From Isurus oxyrinchus (taxonomy: Eukaryota), in contig JANJGN010000007.1 of NCBI GenBank assembly GCA_026770705.1, positions 179,366,001 to 179,430,000 of the forward strand: a stretch of DNA of 64,000 bases, read 5' to 3'. How positions within the stretch are numbered: the stretch's first letter is position 1; each line of letters starts with the position of its first letter. Below the pieces are notes generated by a model. That model searched no databases. It was not told the origin of the DNA and worked only from the letters and a program-made list of their open reading frames with translations. Position numbers and translations under genes: made by a program. Of the stretch, positions 1 through 14,359 are shown piece by piece.

Positions 1-580
1 TTATGCTGGAACTGAATACAACGCTGGTTAGGCCACAGCTAGAATATTGCATGCAGTTCTGGAATCTGCTTTAATGGAAGGATGCGATTGCACTAGAGAG
101 AGTGCAGAGGAGATTTACCAGGATGTTGCCTGGGCTGCAGAGTTTTAGTTATGAGGAGAGGTTGGATAGACTGGGGATATTTTCCTTGGAGCAGAGGAGA
201 TTGATGGGGGACTTGACTGAGGCGTATAAAATTATGAGGGGCATAGATAGGGTAGACAGGAAGGAACTTTTCCCCTTAGTGGAGGGATCAATAACCAGGG
301 GGCAGAGTTTTAAAGGTAAGGGGCAGGAGTTTAGAGGGGAGGTGAGGAAGAATGCTTTCACCCAGAGGGTGGTGAGAATCTGGAACTCACTGCCAGGGTG
401 GTAGAGACAGAAACCTTCACAACATTTCAGAAATATTTGGATGTGCACTTGCGATGCCATGGCATACAAGGCTATGGGCCCAGTGCTGGAAAACGGGATT
501 TGAATAGGTACTTGTTTGGCCGGCGCAGACTCAATGGGCCGAAGGGCCTTTTTCTGTACTGTCGACCTCTATGACTCTAT
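1..580 (+). mobile_element. CR1 LINE 3' end (decayed ORF2 C-terminus and tail)
   Basis: QRRFTRMLPG..SYEERLDRLG..RRLMGDL..FTQRVVRIWNSLP; short CTCTATGA tail repeat. Confidence 0.9.
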
Positions 581-2545
581 AACACCCACCATCAAGCCAG
601 GGGATCAACTCTGCTTCAATGAAGATTGCAAGACGGCATGCCAGGGGTTGCACCAGGCATAGCTAAAAATTAGGTGTCAACCTGGTGATGCTGCAACTAA
701 GGACTATGTGCGTGCCAAGCATCATAAGCAGCTTGTGACAGACAGAGCTAAGCAATTTCACAACCAACAGATCAGATCTAAGCTCTGTCGTCCTGCCACA
801 TCCAGCTGTGAATGGTGGTGGACAATTAAACAACTCACTGGAGGCGGCGGCTCCACAAATATTCCCATCCTCAATGATGGAGGAGCCCAGCACATCAATG
901 CAAAACATCAGGCTGAAACACTGGCAACAATCTTCAGCCAGAAGTACCGAGTGTATGGTCTGTCTCGGCCTCCTCTGGAGATGCCCAGCATCACAGATGC
1001 CAGTCTTCAGCCAATTCAATTCACTCAACGCAATAAGAAGAAATGGCTGAAGGCATCGAATACGGCAATGGCAATGGGCCCTGACAATATTCCGGCAATA
1101 GCACTGAAGACGTGCTCCAGAACTTGCCACGCCCTTAGCCAAGCTGTTCCAGTACAGTTACAACACTGGCAGCTACCTGGAAATGTGGAAAATTGCCCAG
1201 GTATGTCCTGCACACAAAAAGCAGGACAAATCCAACCCAGCCAATTACTACCCCATCAGTCTATCCTTGATCATCAGTAAAGTGATGGAAGTGGTCATCA
1301 ACAGTGCTATCAAGCAGCACTTGCTTAACAATAACCTGCTCACTGACACCCAGTTTGGGTGCCACCAGGGACACTCAGCTCCTGACATCAGCACAGCCTT
1401 GGTTCAAACACAGACACAAGAGCTGAACTCCTGAGGTGAGGTGAGTGAAACTGCCCTGGACATCAAGGTAGCATTTTACAGAGTGTGGCATCAAGGAGCC
1501 CTCGCAAAACTGGAGTCAACGGGAATCAGGGGGAAGTCTCTCCGCTGTTTGGGGTCATACCTAGCACAAAGGAAGATGGTTGTGGTTGTTGGAGGTCAAT
1601 CACCTCAGTTCCAGGGCATCACTGCAGGAGTTCCTCAGGGTAGTGTCCTAAGCCCAACCATCTTCAGCTGTTTCATCAATGACCTTCCCTCCGTCATAAG
1701 GTCAGAAGTGGGGACGCTTGCTAATGGTTGCGCTATGTTCAGTACCATTCGCAACTCCTCAGATACTGAGGCAGTCCATGTCCAAATGCAGCAAGACCTG
1801 GACAGCAGCCAGGTTTGGGCTGACAAGTGGCAATTAACATTCACACCACACATGTGCCAGGCAACTCCAACAAGAGAGAATCTAACTATCATCCCTTGAC
1901 ATTCAATGGCATTACCATCACCGAATCCCCCACTATCAACGTCCTGGGGGTTACCATTGACCAGAAACTGAACTGGACCAGCCATATAAATACTGTGGTT
2001 ACAAGAGCAGGTCAGAGGCTAGGAATCCTAGGGCGACTCCCCAAAGCCTGTCCACCATCTACAAGGTACAAGTCAGGAGTGTGATGAATGCTCTCCATTT
2101 GCCTAGATGAATTCAGCTCCAACAACATTCAAGGAGCTTGACATCATCCAAGGCAAAGCAGCCTGCTTGATTGGCATCCTATCCCCAAATATTCACTCCC
2201 TCCACCACTGATGCACAGTGGCAGCAGTGTGTACCACCTATAAGATGCACTGCAGGAACTTGCCAATGCTCCTGAGTCGGCACCTCCCAAACCCACGACT
2301 GCTACCAGCCAGAAGGACAAGGGCAGCAGACACATGGGAACACCACCACCTGGAAGTTTCCCTGCAAGTCATTCACCATCCTGACTTGAAAATATACCGC
2401 CATTCCTTCATTTTCCCTGGGTCAAAAGCCTGGAACTCCCTTCCTAACAGCACTGTGGGTGAACCTACACCATAGGGACTGCTCAAGGACAATTAGGGAT
2501 AGGCAATAAATGCTGGCCCAGTCAGCAATGCCCACATCCCATGAA
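581..2545 (+). mobile_element. Non-LTR LINE family B (CR1/L2 superclade), RT region to 3' tail, frameshifted
   Basis: [49 protein letters not shown]; tail GGCAATAAATGCTGGCC..GCCCACATCCCATGAATG. Confidence 0.88.
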
Positions 2546-2559
2546 TGGAGCAAGAAAAA

Positions 2560-2805
2560 AGGGACACAGATTTAAGATTTTATACGCAGCAAATGATATT
2601 GACCTGGGACTAACTGCCCACAAGGATGGTGGAGGCAGAGATGGGTCAATGATTTTGAAAAGGAAATTAGTTGGGCACGAGGTAAATGAACTCGCAGGGC
2701 TACGAGGATAGAGCAGGAAAAAAAAACTGACTGGATTGCTCTACGGTGAGTCAGCATGGATTTAATGGGCCAAATGGCCTGCTTCTGTGCTGTTATGACT
2801 ATGAT
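2560..2805 (+). mobile_element. CR1 3' tail fragment
   Basis: Degenerate CR1 3' UTR ending ATGGGCCAAATGGCCTGCTTCTGTGCTGTTATGACTATGA. Confidence 0.65.
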
Positions 2806-3484
2806 GCAAATGGCAAGAACTAAATCTGATCTCTCTTGAAAGAGGCAAAGTCCAGAAAAACTTGTTTTGTTTCCAAGTACTTCCTCATCTCATAATATAT
2901 GCCTCAATAAAAATGAGGCATTTTTAAAAAAAAACCCACTATTTTATGCCTCTGCTGACATGAATAATCATCATACAGCTCCAATACATACAAGGATATA
3001 ACTTTATACCAGCCAGTCCACTCGAAGAGTAGGCAACACTGACACTAAGCATGGGGTGGATGAAGTGTGTGAAGTGAGTGAGGCAGCTCACATATCTGCA
3101 GTGTGACACGCACTATACAGGATATTGAATGCAACCCAGAACATCATTATATAAAATGAGAAAAGAGTCAATATAAAATCAATAAATTAAAAGCTTTACT
3201 TCCAATATGTAGAAAACTGAGCAATATCTCAACGTATTTCACAAATGGAAACAATGAGTTGCAGGGTTTTATTTCTGAAAACCTAGCAACTCTGCACAGT
3301 AAAATATCAACAGAACTAAAATGGTTGAACAGTTTGCTCCAGCTGAATCATGGTAACTGACAGGATTTGCTATTTGCCTTAGGACAAGAACTCTGACAAT
3401 GCAGCATTCTCTACAGACTGGATGGATTCTACCCAAACCTCCCACCCCACCGGCTCCTTTGTACCAGACTGGATTTCACCCCTC

Positions 3485-4330
3485 CGGTTCACCACCTATC
3501 AGTGCACTGCCAGTCTTGAAGCAAGATTGGAACACACGAAAAGGAATAGACCATTCAGCCTCTTGGGATCCAAAAAATCTATCACACTCTGTCTTGAACG
3601 TGGTCAATGATGGAGTTTCCACAGCCCTCTAGGATAGAGCATTCCAAAGATTCACCACCTTTTGAGTGAAGAAATTCATTCTCATCTCAATCTTAAATGG
3701 CCTAAGCCTTATCCTGAGACTGTGTCCCCTGGTTTTAGACTCATCAGCCAAGGGAAACCTCTTATCCACATCCACCCTGTCACACCCTGTAAGAATTTTG
3801 TAAGTTTCAATGAGATCACCGCTCATTCTTCAAAACTCTAGGGCATACAGGCGCACTCTCCTCAATCTTTCCTCATAAGACAATCTCACGACCCCAGGGA
3901 TTAGTCTGGTGAACCTCTGTTGTACTCCCTCTATGGCAAATAATCCTTCCTTAGATCAGGGGACCAAAACTGTACACATTATTCAAGGTGCGGTCTCACC
4001 AAGGCTCGATACAAGTACATAAAGACATCTTTATTCCTGTACTCAAATTCCTTTGCGATGAAGGCCAACAAATCATGTGCCTTTGTAATTGCTCGCTACA
4101 CCTGCATGTTAACTTTCAGTGACTCATGAACAAGGATACCCAGGTCCCTATGGACATGAACACTTCCTAACTCTCACCATTTAAGAAATACTCTGCTTTT
4201 CTGCACTATTTCTGCCAAAGTGGATAACTTCACACTTCTTCAAATAAGATTCCATCTGCCATGCACTGGCCCATTCACATGGCCTGTCCAAGTCCCCTTA
4301 AAACCTCCTTGCATCCTCCTCAGCTTACAA
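3485..4330 (-). mobile_element. CR1 LINE fragment
   Basis: Minus ORF GDLIETYKILTG..NFFTQKVVNLWNAL. Confidence 0.85.
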
Positions 4331-5303
4331 AACTAGGTGGGAATGTATCAGAACAAACATCTATGCTTGCCTCTGATGGTGGAAGTACATTGGTAGCCAT
4401 GCTGTACTGAAAACTTCTAGTTAATTGAGGGGGGTGGGGAATGGAATAACCTCACCCTACAACTGAAAGGTCATAGTTTAGTTTGAAGAAGGGGAGTAAA
4501 AATAAGAGAAAAGCTGCTTTTAAAACACATTTATCAGTGACTGGATTGCTCTACTACTGCTACAAGTTATGCAAGCACAAGGAGAACATTCAGGTGTTAT
4601 GAAAACCACAAGAGGCAACAAATTTTGTTCGAAGAACAAGTACAACGTGCTGAAGCACCAGCACGTGGCGAGGAGCATGACATAGTGTTCACCCATTTCA
4701 CAGGTGCAGCTGCAATACCCCTCTGAGAGAGACACTGCTGAGCATCCATTGTCCCAGCAAAAAGCAGTACTGGCTGAAGCCCAAAAGCAAGTTTACAACA
4801 AAAACAAATCTGGACAATGACAGTGGGTAAAATCCACAGGGACCTCATTTTACAGTTATACTGAACAGTCAAGATTATGGAACTTGCAATTTGTGCAACA
4901 CACATTTAAGCAGAAGGCTGCATTAGTATTTGGACACTCAAAATTTGTAATTACACAGGATGTTTATAAACCTCAATGTTTAAAATCAACAAACATTTAT
5001 TGAAGGGCAAGACAGTGGACAAACATTTCATTCCTCACCCAAACAAGAATGAATCCTATTACTTGAATTTGTTTCTCCATTCCAGTTAAGTATTCCCAAC
5101 TTAATGGACGAGGGCCTGGAGCAAGCAGTGAGGGACGATACACACATGGGAAATCAACAGATGAAGAAAACAAACTGTCCCTTTCAAGAGCATATAGAGC
5201 AGACAGATAGGAATTGCTGCATGGTGATGATGACATCTTCCAACAGCAAGGAGTAATCAATAAACTGATTAAATAAGTTAGATGAAGAAATCAACCACCT
5301 GTA

Positions 5304-5534
5304 ACTCTTTTGAGTACCAACACATTTCCATCTGTTTTTCAGATGAAGTTACATTGTTTCATAGTTTTGCCATTGAGAGATTTGAATTCTTGATACTCTT
5401 TCGAGCACAAACCCGTTTCCATCTGTTTCAGATGAAGTTACATTGTTTCATAGTTTGCCATTGTGAGATTTGAACTCTTGATCTTGGGGTTACAAACCCA
5501 GTACCATAACCACTTGGCTATTTAGGCCAAGCCG
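5304..5534 (-). mobile_element. Short tRNA-derived SINE-like insertion with an internal dimer and 14-bp TSD
   Basis: TSD ATCAACCACCTGTA at 5290-5303 and 5535-5548. Minus-strand A-box TAGCCAAGTGG and B-box GAGTTCAAATCTC. A unit of roughly 90 bp is duplicated. Confidence 0.75.
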
Positions 5535-6714
5535 ATCAACCACCTGTACCTGGCTATGGTCAGACTACACCTCAAGTACACAACTATGACTATAAGTCAT
5601 GCGGCCACAAAGAGAACATTCAGGTGTTGTAAACAGTGCAGGAGAGCCTAGAGGCTGATCCCGAGTAGAAACATCTTCAATTGTGAGCAAAGACTGGATA
5701 AAAATTTTGGGTTTTCTGCTTGGCCAGGAGGCACTTGAGGGGTGATGGTTCAACCTGAAATATTGCTTCCAGTTAAACTTGAGCACAAGGGAATTCTTTG
5801 CACATTATGTGGAATGCATCTTGAGAAAGATCATTAAAAGGAGAAAACCCTGATATCTCACATTTAACAAGCAATTAGATTCAGCAATTGGGGTGGGGTA
5901 GAAAATAGTAGTGTTGCTTGGATAAATGAAGATGGGCTAAATGCCCTTCCTCATCCTTCAGTATTTTGTGACCTGCTACAAACCACAAGTTGAATCACAG
6001 TTACCCTAGAAACCCTTCACTGTGTGTTTGGTGAACTAAACCCACTTATTTTTACTTGAAATACAAATGCAGAGTCTTGTCACCAAAGAATCTTCAAAAT
6101 ATAATGCCTAACACATAAAAGCCAATACATATTCCTCAGCTAACCAAGAAACAGCTCATGCTGTTTACAGATCTTGCTGGGCACAAAGTGACTACCATAT
6201 TTCCCTAAATTAATCAGTGGCTCCAGTTCAAAACTACTTAATTGGCTGTAAAATACTTTGAGAACCCAAGACCATGAAAGATACTATATACAGCCAATGG
6301 TGAAAGACCTGTTAAAGTAACTGTTAATGGTACAGGGCACCATGACCGATGCAAACAACTTAAGGTGACTGCCCACCCAGTTCTTCCTCCTTCCAGCAAA
6401 TGAGAACAACAGAGTTCAGGTAATCTCAGCATCAAGACGAACTCGTGCAAACTCTATGGGCTCAACCTCTTACTGTATAGTGGCAGCCGACAGGGAACCA
6501 TTTTGCAGGTTAAGCACTTAAAAGCTGCAAATTGCAGCTATAGCCACTTTGTGATTTAATTTTCTTTCAAGCCCCCTCAGCATAAAACACTTCAACTACC
6601 ATCGCAGAAGTTCTTTGAATTGTTCCACTTCTATAGATGGGCAGAACCAATCTGTCAACTGGTGGATCTGAAGACAAAGCTAATGCTGATGACATGCCGA
6701 GTTTTTTTTAAACA

Positions 6715-7445
6715 ATTCATTCAAAGGGTGTGGGCATTGCTATCACAGCCAGTATTTAATGTCCATCCTTAAATGCTCGAGAAGGTGGTGGTGAGCTGTC
6801 ATGTTTAACCAATGCCATCCATGTGGTTTAGGTACACCCACAGTGCTGTTAGTGAGTTCCAGGATTTTGACCCAGTGACAGGGAAGAAACAGCGATGCAG
6901 TTTCCAGGCAAGATGGTGAATGGCCTGGAAGGGGACTTGCAGGTCGCAGTGTTCCCATGTGTCTGGTGCCCTTGTTCTAAGCAGTCGAGGCTGCAGGTTT
7001 GGAAGGTGCATCTTGACAAGCTACTGCAATGCATCTTGTAGACTGCTGCCGCTCTGTGTCAGTGGTGGAGGGAATTAATTTTAAATGGTGGTGGACAGGT
7101 TACCAGTTAAGCGGGCTACTTCGTCTTGGATGGTGTGAAGCTTTGAATGGTATTGGAGCTGCACTCATCCATGCGAGTGGAGAGTATTCCATCACACTCT
7201 TGACTTGTGAGCAGGCTTTGGGAGTCAAGAAGTGGATTACTCACTGCAGAATTCCAAAGTTCTGACCTGTTCTTGTAGCCACAATATTTATATGGCTGAT
7301 CCAGTTCAGTTCCTGGTCAGGATGCAGATGGTGAGATAATCAGCGACAGCAATGCCACTGGATGGAGATGTCATTACCTGGCACAATTGTTACATGCCAC
7401 TTATCAGCCAAGCCTGAATGTTGACTAAGTTTTGTTGTCTGCAGG
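6715..7445 (-). mobile_element. LINE family B 3' fragment
   Basis: Reverse complement of the family B ORF end (TWEHCDLQV..GSKSWNSL) and tail. Confidence 0.8.
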
Positions 7446-7784
7446 CACAGATGGCCTGGAATAGCCCCTTAAAAATAACAGCACTCTCATTAAAGAAAAG
7501 GAACAATTATAGAATAATCAAACTAAACTGTACCATCTGTTGACAATATTCTTGTAATCAAAAATTCTTAATAAATTACCTAACAGTTGACTTGTCCACC
7601 TGGGCTCCTCTTTCAAACCTCAGAGTTCCACACTATAATAACTAATTATTTCACTTAACAGGAGTTTATCCAGCTCTTTTCAAAAAGACATACTTAAAAG
7701 CCAAAGGATAAACACTCACAACATGTCTTCCTTCAATGAGCAAAAGTAATTTCTTTGCAAGCTACTTTTACTTTTAGCTCCGTT

Positions 7785-8660
7785 ATGTCCTCAGCCCAAC
7801 CATCTTCAGTTGCTTCACCATTTCGCTGATGATTACAGAGTGTTCAGCACCATTCACGACTCCTCAGATACTGAAGCAGTCCATGTCCAAGTGCAGCTGA
7901 CAACTGGCAAGTAACATTCATGCCACACAAGTGCCAGGCAATGACCATCTCCAACAAGAGAGGTTCTAACCATTGCACCTTGACATTCAATGGCATTACC
8001 ATCACTGAATCCCCCACTATCAACATCCTGGGGCTTACCATTGACCAGAAACTGAACTGGACCAGCCATATAAACACTGTGGCTACAAGAGCAGGTCAGA
8101 GGCTAGAAATCCTGCAACAAGTAACTCACCTCCTGACTCCTCAAAGCCTGTCCAACATCTACAAGGCAAAAATCAGGAGTGTGATGGAATGGATGAGTGT
8201 CGTTCCCACAACACTCAAGAAGTTTGACACCATCCAGGACAAAACAGCCCGCTTGATCGGCAACACATCCACAAACATTCACTCCCTCCACCACCGAAGC
8301 ACAGTAGCAGCAGTGTATATCATCTACAAGATGCACTGCAGGAATTCACCAAGGCTCCTGAGACAGCATCTTCGAAACCCACGACCACTACCATCTACAA
8401 GGACAAGGGCAGCAGATAGATGGGAACACCACCACCTGGAAATTTCCCTCCAAGCCACTCACCATCCTGACTTGAAAATATATCACCGTTCCTTCACTGT
8501 CAAAATCATGGAACTACCTTCCTAACAGCACTGTGGGTGCACCTGCACCACATGGACTGCAGCAGTTCAAGAAGGCAGCTCACCACCACCTTCTCAAGGA
8601 CAACTAGGGATGCGCAATAAATGCTGGCCCAGCCAGCGAAGCCCACATCCCGTGAATGAA
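7785..8660 (+). mobile_element. LINE family B 3' fragment
   Basis: ILGLTIDQKLNWTSHINTVATRAGQRL..; family B tail at ~8610-8660. Confidence 0.85.
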
Positions 8661-11059
8661 TTTTAAAAACCCATTATGTTGCCTCAATACACATACCTGG
8701 GTCAGAAGACTGTGGGCTACAAATATCAGCCTATAATCTAGACTGAACTTTGGAAATTTTTGAGCTGAAGCTCCAAAGAACAATTTCCAAGTATTTGTAT
8801 TTTTTTTAAACAAAGCACTAAAGTTCATACCAAGAAAGCACAAGAGCGAGAGATTGCTGACATTTACAGAAGTTTAAGTCTGACAGAAGATGATTAAAGC
8901 ACATTTGCCCGATTTTGATTTTGAGAATCCAAAAATTTTACATTGAGATTTATTTTTTTCACCATAACTCAATATAAATCATCGCAAGTGTTTCCTCCTC
9001 GGGCTGTATTAGTATTTTAGTCAATTTACAGCATCATGCAGAAGGCTGCGAACTCAAGCACCACTGCCAATTTGAACACAATCCAAGCTAACATTTCACT
9101 GTTATGTTCCCAGCTGATGTTAATACTATAGCTGGGTCAAAATCCTGGAACTCCCTCCCTAACCACACTGTAGGTGTACCTACAACACAGGGACTAGAGC
9201 AGCTCACCACCACCTTCTCAGAAGCAATTAGGGGTGGGCAATAAATGCTGGCATAGCCAGCGATGCCCATGTCCCATAAATTAATTTTTAAAAAGTCAGA
9301 TCCCAAAGTGAAACCTGGCTTGGTAGATCCTAGCTGTTTTTAAGAAACCATAGTGGTCAGTTACTGAACACATTCACAAGAATCTGCCAGTATAGTGCTA
9401 AAACAAGGAATAAAATGCTAATTAAAACAAGGAAAAATGAACTACATTAAACAAGGAAAAATGAACTATATTACACAGTCAAAAAGGATGGAAAGATTTC
9501 AATTCAGATACTAGAAAATGATTCAAGCTCACACTCATCCTTTTATCCCACCAACCCTTACAGACACAAAACCCCAGTGAAGGTTTACCACTGTCTCAAC
9601 TCCAAGGTTTCTTGCTTGGATTAGCTTAGTTTCAAATAGTTTTCTCCCAGCAGACTGCTGAGCATTCATCAGAGGCTTTTCTTCAGCAGGTATCCCTCCC
9701 TGAGACACCAAAAAACCACAAACCAAACTCGCGGATTACTTGAACTTCAGAGCTAACATGAGTTCCCCAAACTCAGCTCCCCAGCAAGCTTTCAGGACTT
9801 CTTATTGGACAGATTAGACCTTCTGCCTGCACTCTGGTATACACACACTAACCTACCCCTTGGCAGCCCATTTCTTCATTTCAAGAGAGTCGTAAAACCT
9901 CATAAAAATGCATGTACACAAACAGGGCCCTAGGCCTCCAGGCACCCAGCTCACAGAAACCTATACTAAAACCAGGTTTCACCTTTCTTAACACCCGAAT
10001 ACAAAATAAAAATTAAGCTCAAAGCTATATATGGTTCCTACAGATGAGATGCTAAACCACGGTTAGTTTCATCTGCTTAGGTAAAATCCAATGGTACTAA
10101 CTCAGATGACTCTGCTCTGAGATTTCACCCCCTACCCCCACCATGCAACACAATCAAAAAGAACTGCAATAAATTTCCTGAGAGACTTTGCTGTCTAAAA
10201 CTTACCCATCACACTGGATTATATTACACAGGCCACACAGATCAGAAGTAATCTATTGATTGTGAAGCACTTGGGGTGTACAACAGACATTTTATCAATC
10301 CAAGTTTTGCCTTTCTTGCATTTTGCACCATAAGCCTACACTGGAAGAGGGACATTCCAAATGCAGTCTCAAATTCATATCCGTTTTCTTGCCACCACTA
10401 CTAGTAATAGACTAATCAACAAAAAAGTAATACTAAAGCCAATAAATTTCAAGTTTGTGTGACATGCTTAATTTATCAGTGGCACATTTGTAACAACCAG
10501 GTTTTACCCTTATGTCACAGAGTCCAAAAAATGACTCTTGATGCAACCAGGGTCTACAGGAAATACTAGAAGAGCAAAAGATTGGGGCAGGATAGGAAAC
10601 CTGCTTCTCCTGCAAGCAAGTGTGCTACTGCTCTAAGTACCCCTCCACAATACTGAAAATTACCAGAAAGAGATAACTTGTTCAAAAATAAAAACTGAAG
10701 GCAGATCCCAAATTAGATTCTGATCTTGTCCTTTTTGTCTCCTAATCTCACCATTGGTCACCCCCGGTCTTGATACTATTACCACAGCTTTCTGGCAAAA
10801 AGTGCAGTTATCAAGATCACCAAAGGCGTACAGGATTTAATAAGTTTAAGAGCTCTTGTATTTTTACTTTAATTGTCCAAATGCCACAGGTTACATAACG
10901 ATAAGGTGGTCATGTTCTGGGGTGACCCTGTGGGCAAAAGCACTAACTGACTTAATACTAAATGATCAAGGTCTAAACTTCGACTCCCAAATAAAGCAAA
11001 GTGGGTGTGACAGTAAAGGTGCAGTAACTGATCTCTCTCTACATCCAAGGGTTGCAGTG

Positions 11060-11430
11060 TTGCAGCTCTGATTCTTGACTAATAATCTAGACACTGCAAG
11101 TTCAATTCCCACCAGGCGAGGCTGAAAATTTGAATTTACTTTTAAAACAAATTGGAAATAAAAATCTGGAATCAATGTAGCTGGCAGATTCTCTCAAAAG
11201 CCTAACTGGTTCATTCATGTACTTGAGGGAAGGAAACCTGCTATTTCTACCCAGTCCAGTCCAATCATGACTCGTCAACATTCCTGTAAAGGGCCTAGTT
11301 ATATCAAAACCAATAAAATGTCACTGCAGTTTTTCAAAAAGGCAGCCCACCAACCTTTCTCAGGGAAATTAAAGATGGGCAATAAATGCTAGCCTACCCA
11401 TAATACCCACACCCAAGACTGAATGAACAA
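11060..11430 (+). mobile_element. tRNA-derived SINE with family B tail (degenerate)
   Basis: B-box-like AGTTCAATTCCCACCA and tail GATGGGCAATAAATGCTAGCC; resembles the copy at 33418-33805. Confidence 0.55.
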
Positions 11431-13445
11431 AAAAAAAGGTAACAATTACATTTCTGACCTTGGTGTGCTCATGTCCAGTTAGGGCTGATGTCAGTTGGTA
11501 ACGAGGGCATACCAGCTACAATGGCCAAATATCATGCCAACACTCATTGTCTGGGCTTCAAAATTTTCACCAGCCACTTATGCCACATGTTGCCACTGCC
11601 AATTGAACTAGTGCCCAGAACATCCGCTGCCCTGGGCAGAAGAAAGAGGTGGACCAGAAAGAGTCAAGTTGGGAGTTGACTGCAAGCTTCCAATTTGTAA
11701 ATGGTGCCACTTGGATGGGAAATATATTGAGGTGAGGTTGACTAGTGCCTCATGCATAAAGCTATGTTGACAAAGTTGAAGAACAGGAGTACCAAGGCAT
11801 GGGACCAAGTTATGATTTAGCCCTCAAGATCAAGGAATGACATTGCGCACTTGAAGCCTGTTCAGGGCTGGGAGAAGGTGGCAGGGCAGTTATGTAAAAA
11901 AAAAGAAGTTACGGAACAATTGAAAGCAAATGAAATTTTGTGTCGTCGATGACAGTTAAAATTTTAAGATCCCTCCCCAGGACTTACTTATTCAGGGGCA
12001 AACCAGGTGCATTGGAAGGTACCGACTCAAAAATCCCAAGTGCCATCATGATCAGATATAATGGCCCAGGTCATCACTGACTTTACCTAATAGAACTGCA
12101 ACTAAAAGAGATTCAGAGAACTCAATATGCAGACAGCAAGCCAAAACAAATTGATAATTGTACCATCTGAGAAGACATAGACTAAAATAGGTAATTGATA
12201 CGCAACTTGTCGCAGCCAAAGCTTTCGATTGTCAGTAGGTTGAGCACTCGAGGCACTCTACAGTGAAACCACTGACAGATTTTCCTCAGCCCATGAAAGA
12301 TACCAGTATAACATTGTCACTGGTTGTAATTTGAACATCAACTTGACTCAACTGATAGCATACTAATTGGCCTAGCATCTAAAAATGGTGCACATCATGT
12401 GGTTGCCATGATTTGCAATTCTGGAATAGTGCTCAACTGTTCAAGGCATTATCCTTCAGGAGGTAATGTTAAGCCTGCTTTAAGGAATGTTAAAGATTCC
12501 AAGTTGTCTTCGCAAGGAGGTGCTCCTCCAGTGTCGAGATTAACATTTCCCTCTCAACCAACACCACTGAAGAACAAGTGCATCTCATTTGTGGGATCTT
12601 TATGTTCAGAGGACACCTGTGTTACTGTATGATATGCATAATAAGAACCAGGTAACTAAATATATGTGAAGCATCGTTTAGTTGAAGAAATACAGCAATA
12701 GAAATGCAAAATTTTCACCTCCACAAGAATTATCAGGAGAGGACAGGGAATGGGGGGAAAAGAAGTTTCAATTCTGCAGCCATCCCTCAAAATTGATTAA
12801 CCAGAATTCATGACTCTTTTTCTCTCACCAACTTCTCCTCTCCAACAAATCACCTAACAATCAAACCCAGTACAGGGCTCCTGGATGTGTCATGGTCCAC
12901 CAACTGCAGCTGTGAGGCAACAGGGGGATCAGAGGCCCCTCAGCTCCAAAAACAGGAAACAAATTTAGCAAGTGATTTAAAAAAAAATACCCAGCTTCTA
13001 ACAGACATACAACACCCAGGGCAAGGTGCAAGAACACAGGAAATAAGAGGAGTAAGTTCCCTCTGAGCCAGAAGCTCCTGGTCCTACTCCAGGACTTGAT
13101 GGCCACAGAAGGTGTTCATAACATGGCCAAACAGGTTGATTACCAACCTGCAAACCCTGCAGGTAATAAGAGCAGGAGAATCTCCTGGTCAGCTAGAACC
13201 TGCAGAAGACAATGTCAAACCACTGAAGTACCTTGCCAAGCATAACCATGGAACTCCATGGTTGCCAATGTCTCTTAGGTCTTGCTATCTGAAGAGAGAG
13301 AAAGGCAATATGGTCTGCCATTCAATAAGATCATGGCTTTCCTGCTCGATCCCCATATCCCCCAATTCCCTTTGTACCAAAAACACATCAGTCTGTCTTG
13401 AACATTTTAAACAATGAAGCATCCAAAACCTCTGGGGGGAGAATG

Positions 13446-14150
13446 CCCCTTGACATTCAATGGCATTACCACCACTGAATCCCTCACTAACAACATCCTG
13501 GGGGTTACCATTGACCAGAAACTGAACTGGACTAGCCATATAAATACTGTGGCTACAAGAGTAGGTCAGAGGCTAGGAACCTTGTGGCGAGTAACTCACC
13601 TCCTGATTCCCCAAAGCCTGTCCACCATCCTCAAGGCACATGTGAGGAGTGTGATGGAATATTCCCCACTTGGCTGGTTGAGTGCAGCTCCCACAACACT
13701 CAAGAAGCCTGACACCATCCAGGACAAAGCGGCCCACTTGACAGGCATCCCATCCAGCACCTCAAACGTTCACTCTGTCCACTACCGCACACAGCACCTT
13801 GTACCATCGACAAGATGCACTGCAGCAACTCACCCAAGCTCCTTCGACAACACCTTCCAAACCCATGACTGCTACCATCTAGAAGGACAAGGGCAGCAGA
13901 TGGATGGGAACACCACCAGCAAGTTCCACTCCAAGCCACTCATCACCCCGACTTGGAAATATATCGCTGTTTCTTCACTGTCGCTGGGTCAAAATCCTGG
14001 AACCCCCTCCCAAACAGCACTGTGGGTGTACCTACACCACATGGACTGCAGCGGTTCAAGAAGGCAGTTCACCACCACCTTCTCAAGGGCAATTAGGAAT
14101 GGACAATAAATGCTGGCCTGGCCAGTGATGCCCACATCCCATGAAGGAAT
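13446..14150 (+). mobile_element. LINE family B 3' fragment nested in a minus-strand CR1 tail (approx. 13280-14360)
   Basis: PLTFNGIT..ILGVTIDQKLNW..MEYSPLGW; CR1 minus-strand pieces on both sides. Confidence 0.82.
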
Positions 14151-14359
14151 AAAAAACATTCCAAAAGGTTCACAACCCTTTGAGTGAAGAAATTTCTCTT
14201 CGTATCAGTTCTATATGACAGTCCCTTTATTGAGACTGTGACACCTAGTTCTAAACAATCTTCAACATTTACCTTTTTAAGTTCCTGAAGAAATTTACAT
14301 TTCAAGAAGATCACCACTCATTCTGTCAGGTTTAGAAGAACATAGGCCCATTTTACTCC

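Noticed and set aside
4997-5260. 87-aa minus-strand ORF as LSM14A exon 2 or an alternative exon
   Set aside because: No similarity to VRSFGTEDRP; candidate donors are phase 0 in this frame, incompatible with the phase-1 junction.
4560-5630. ~40-bp degenerate duplication containing GAACATTCAGGTGTT (miR-181-like seed)
   Set aside because: No convincing pre-miRNA hairpin and no match beyond the seed.
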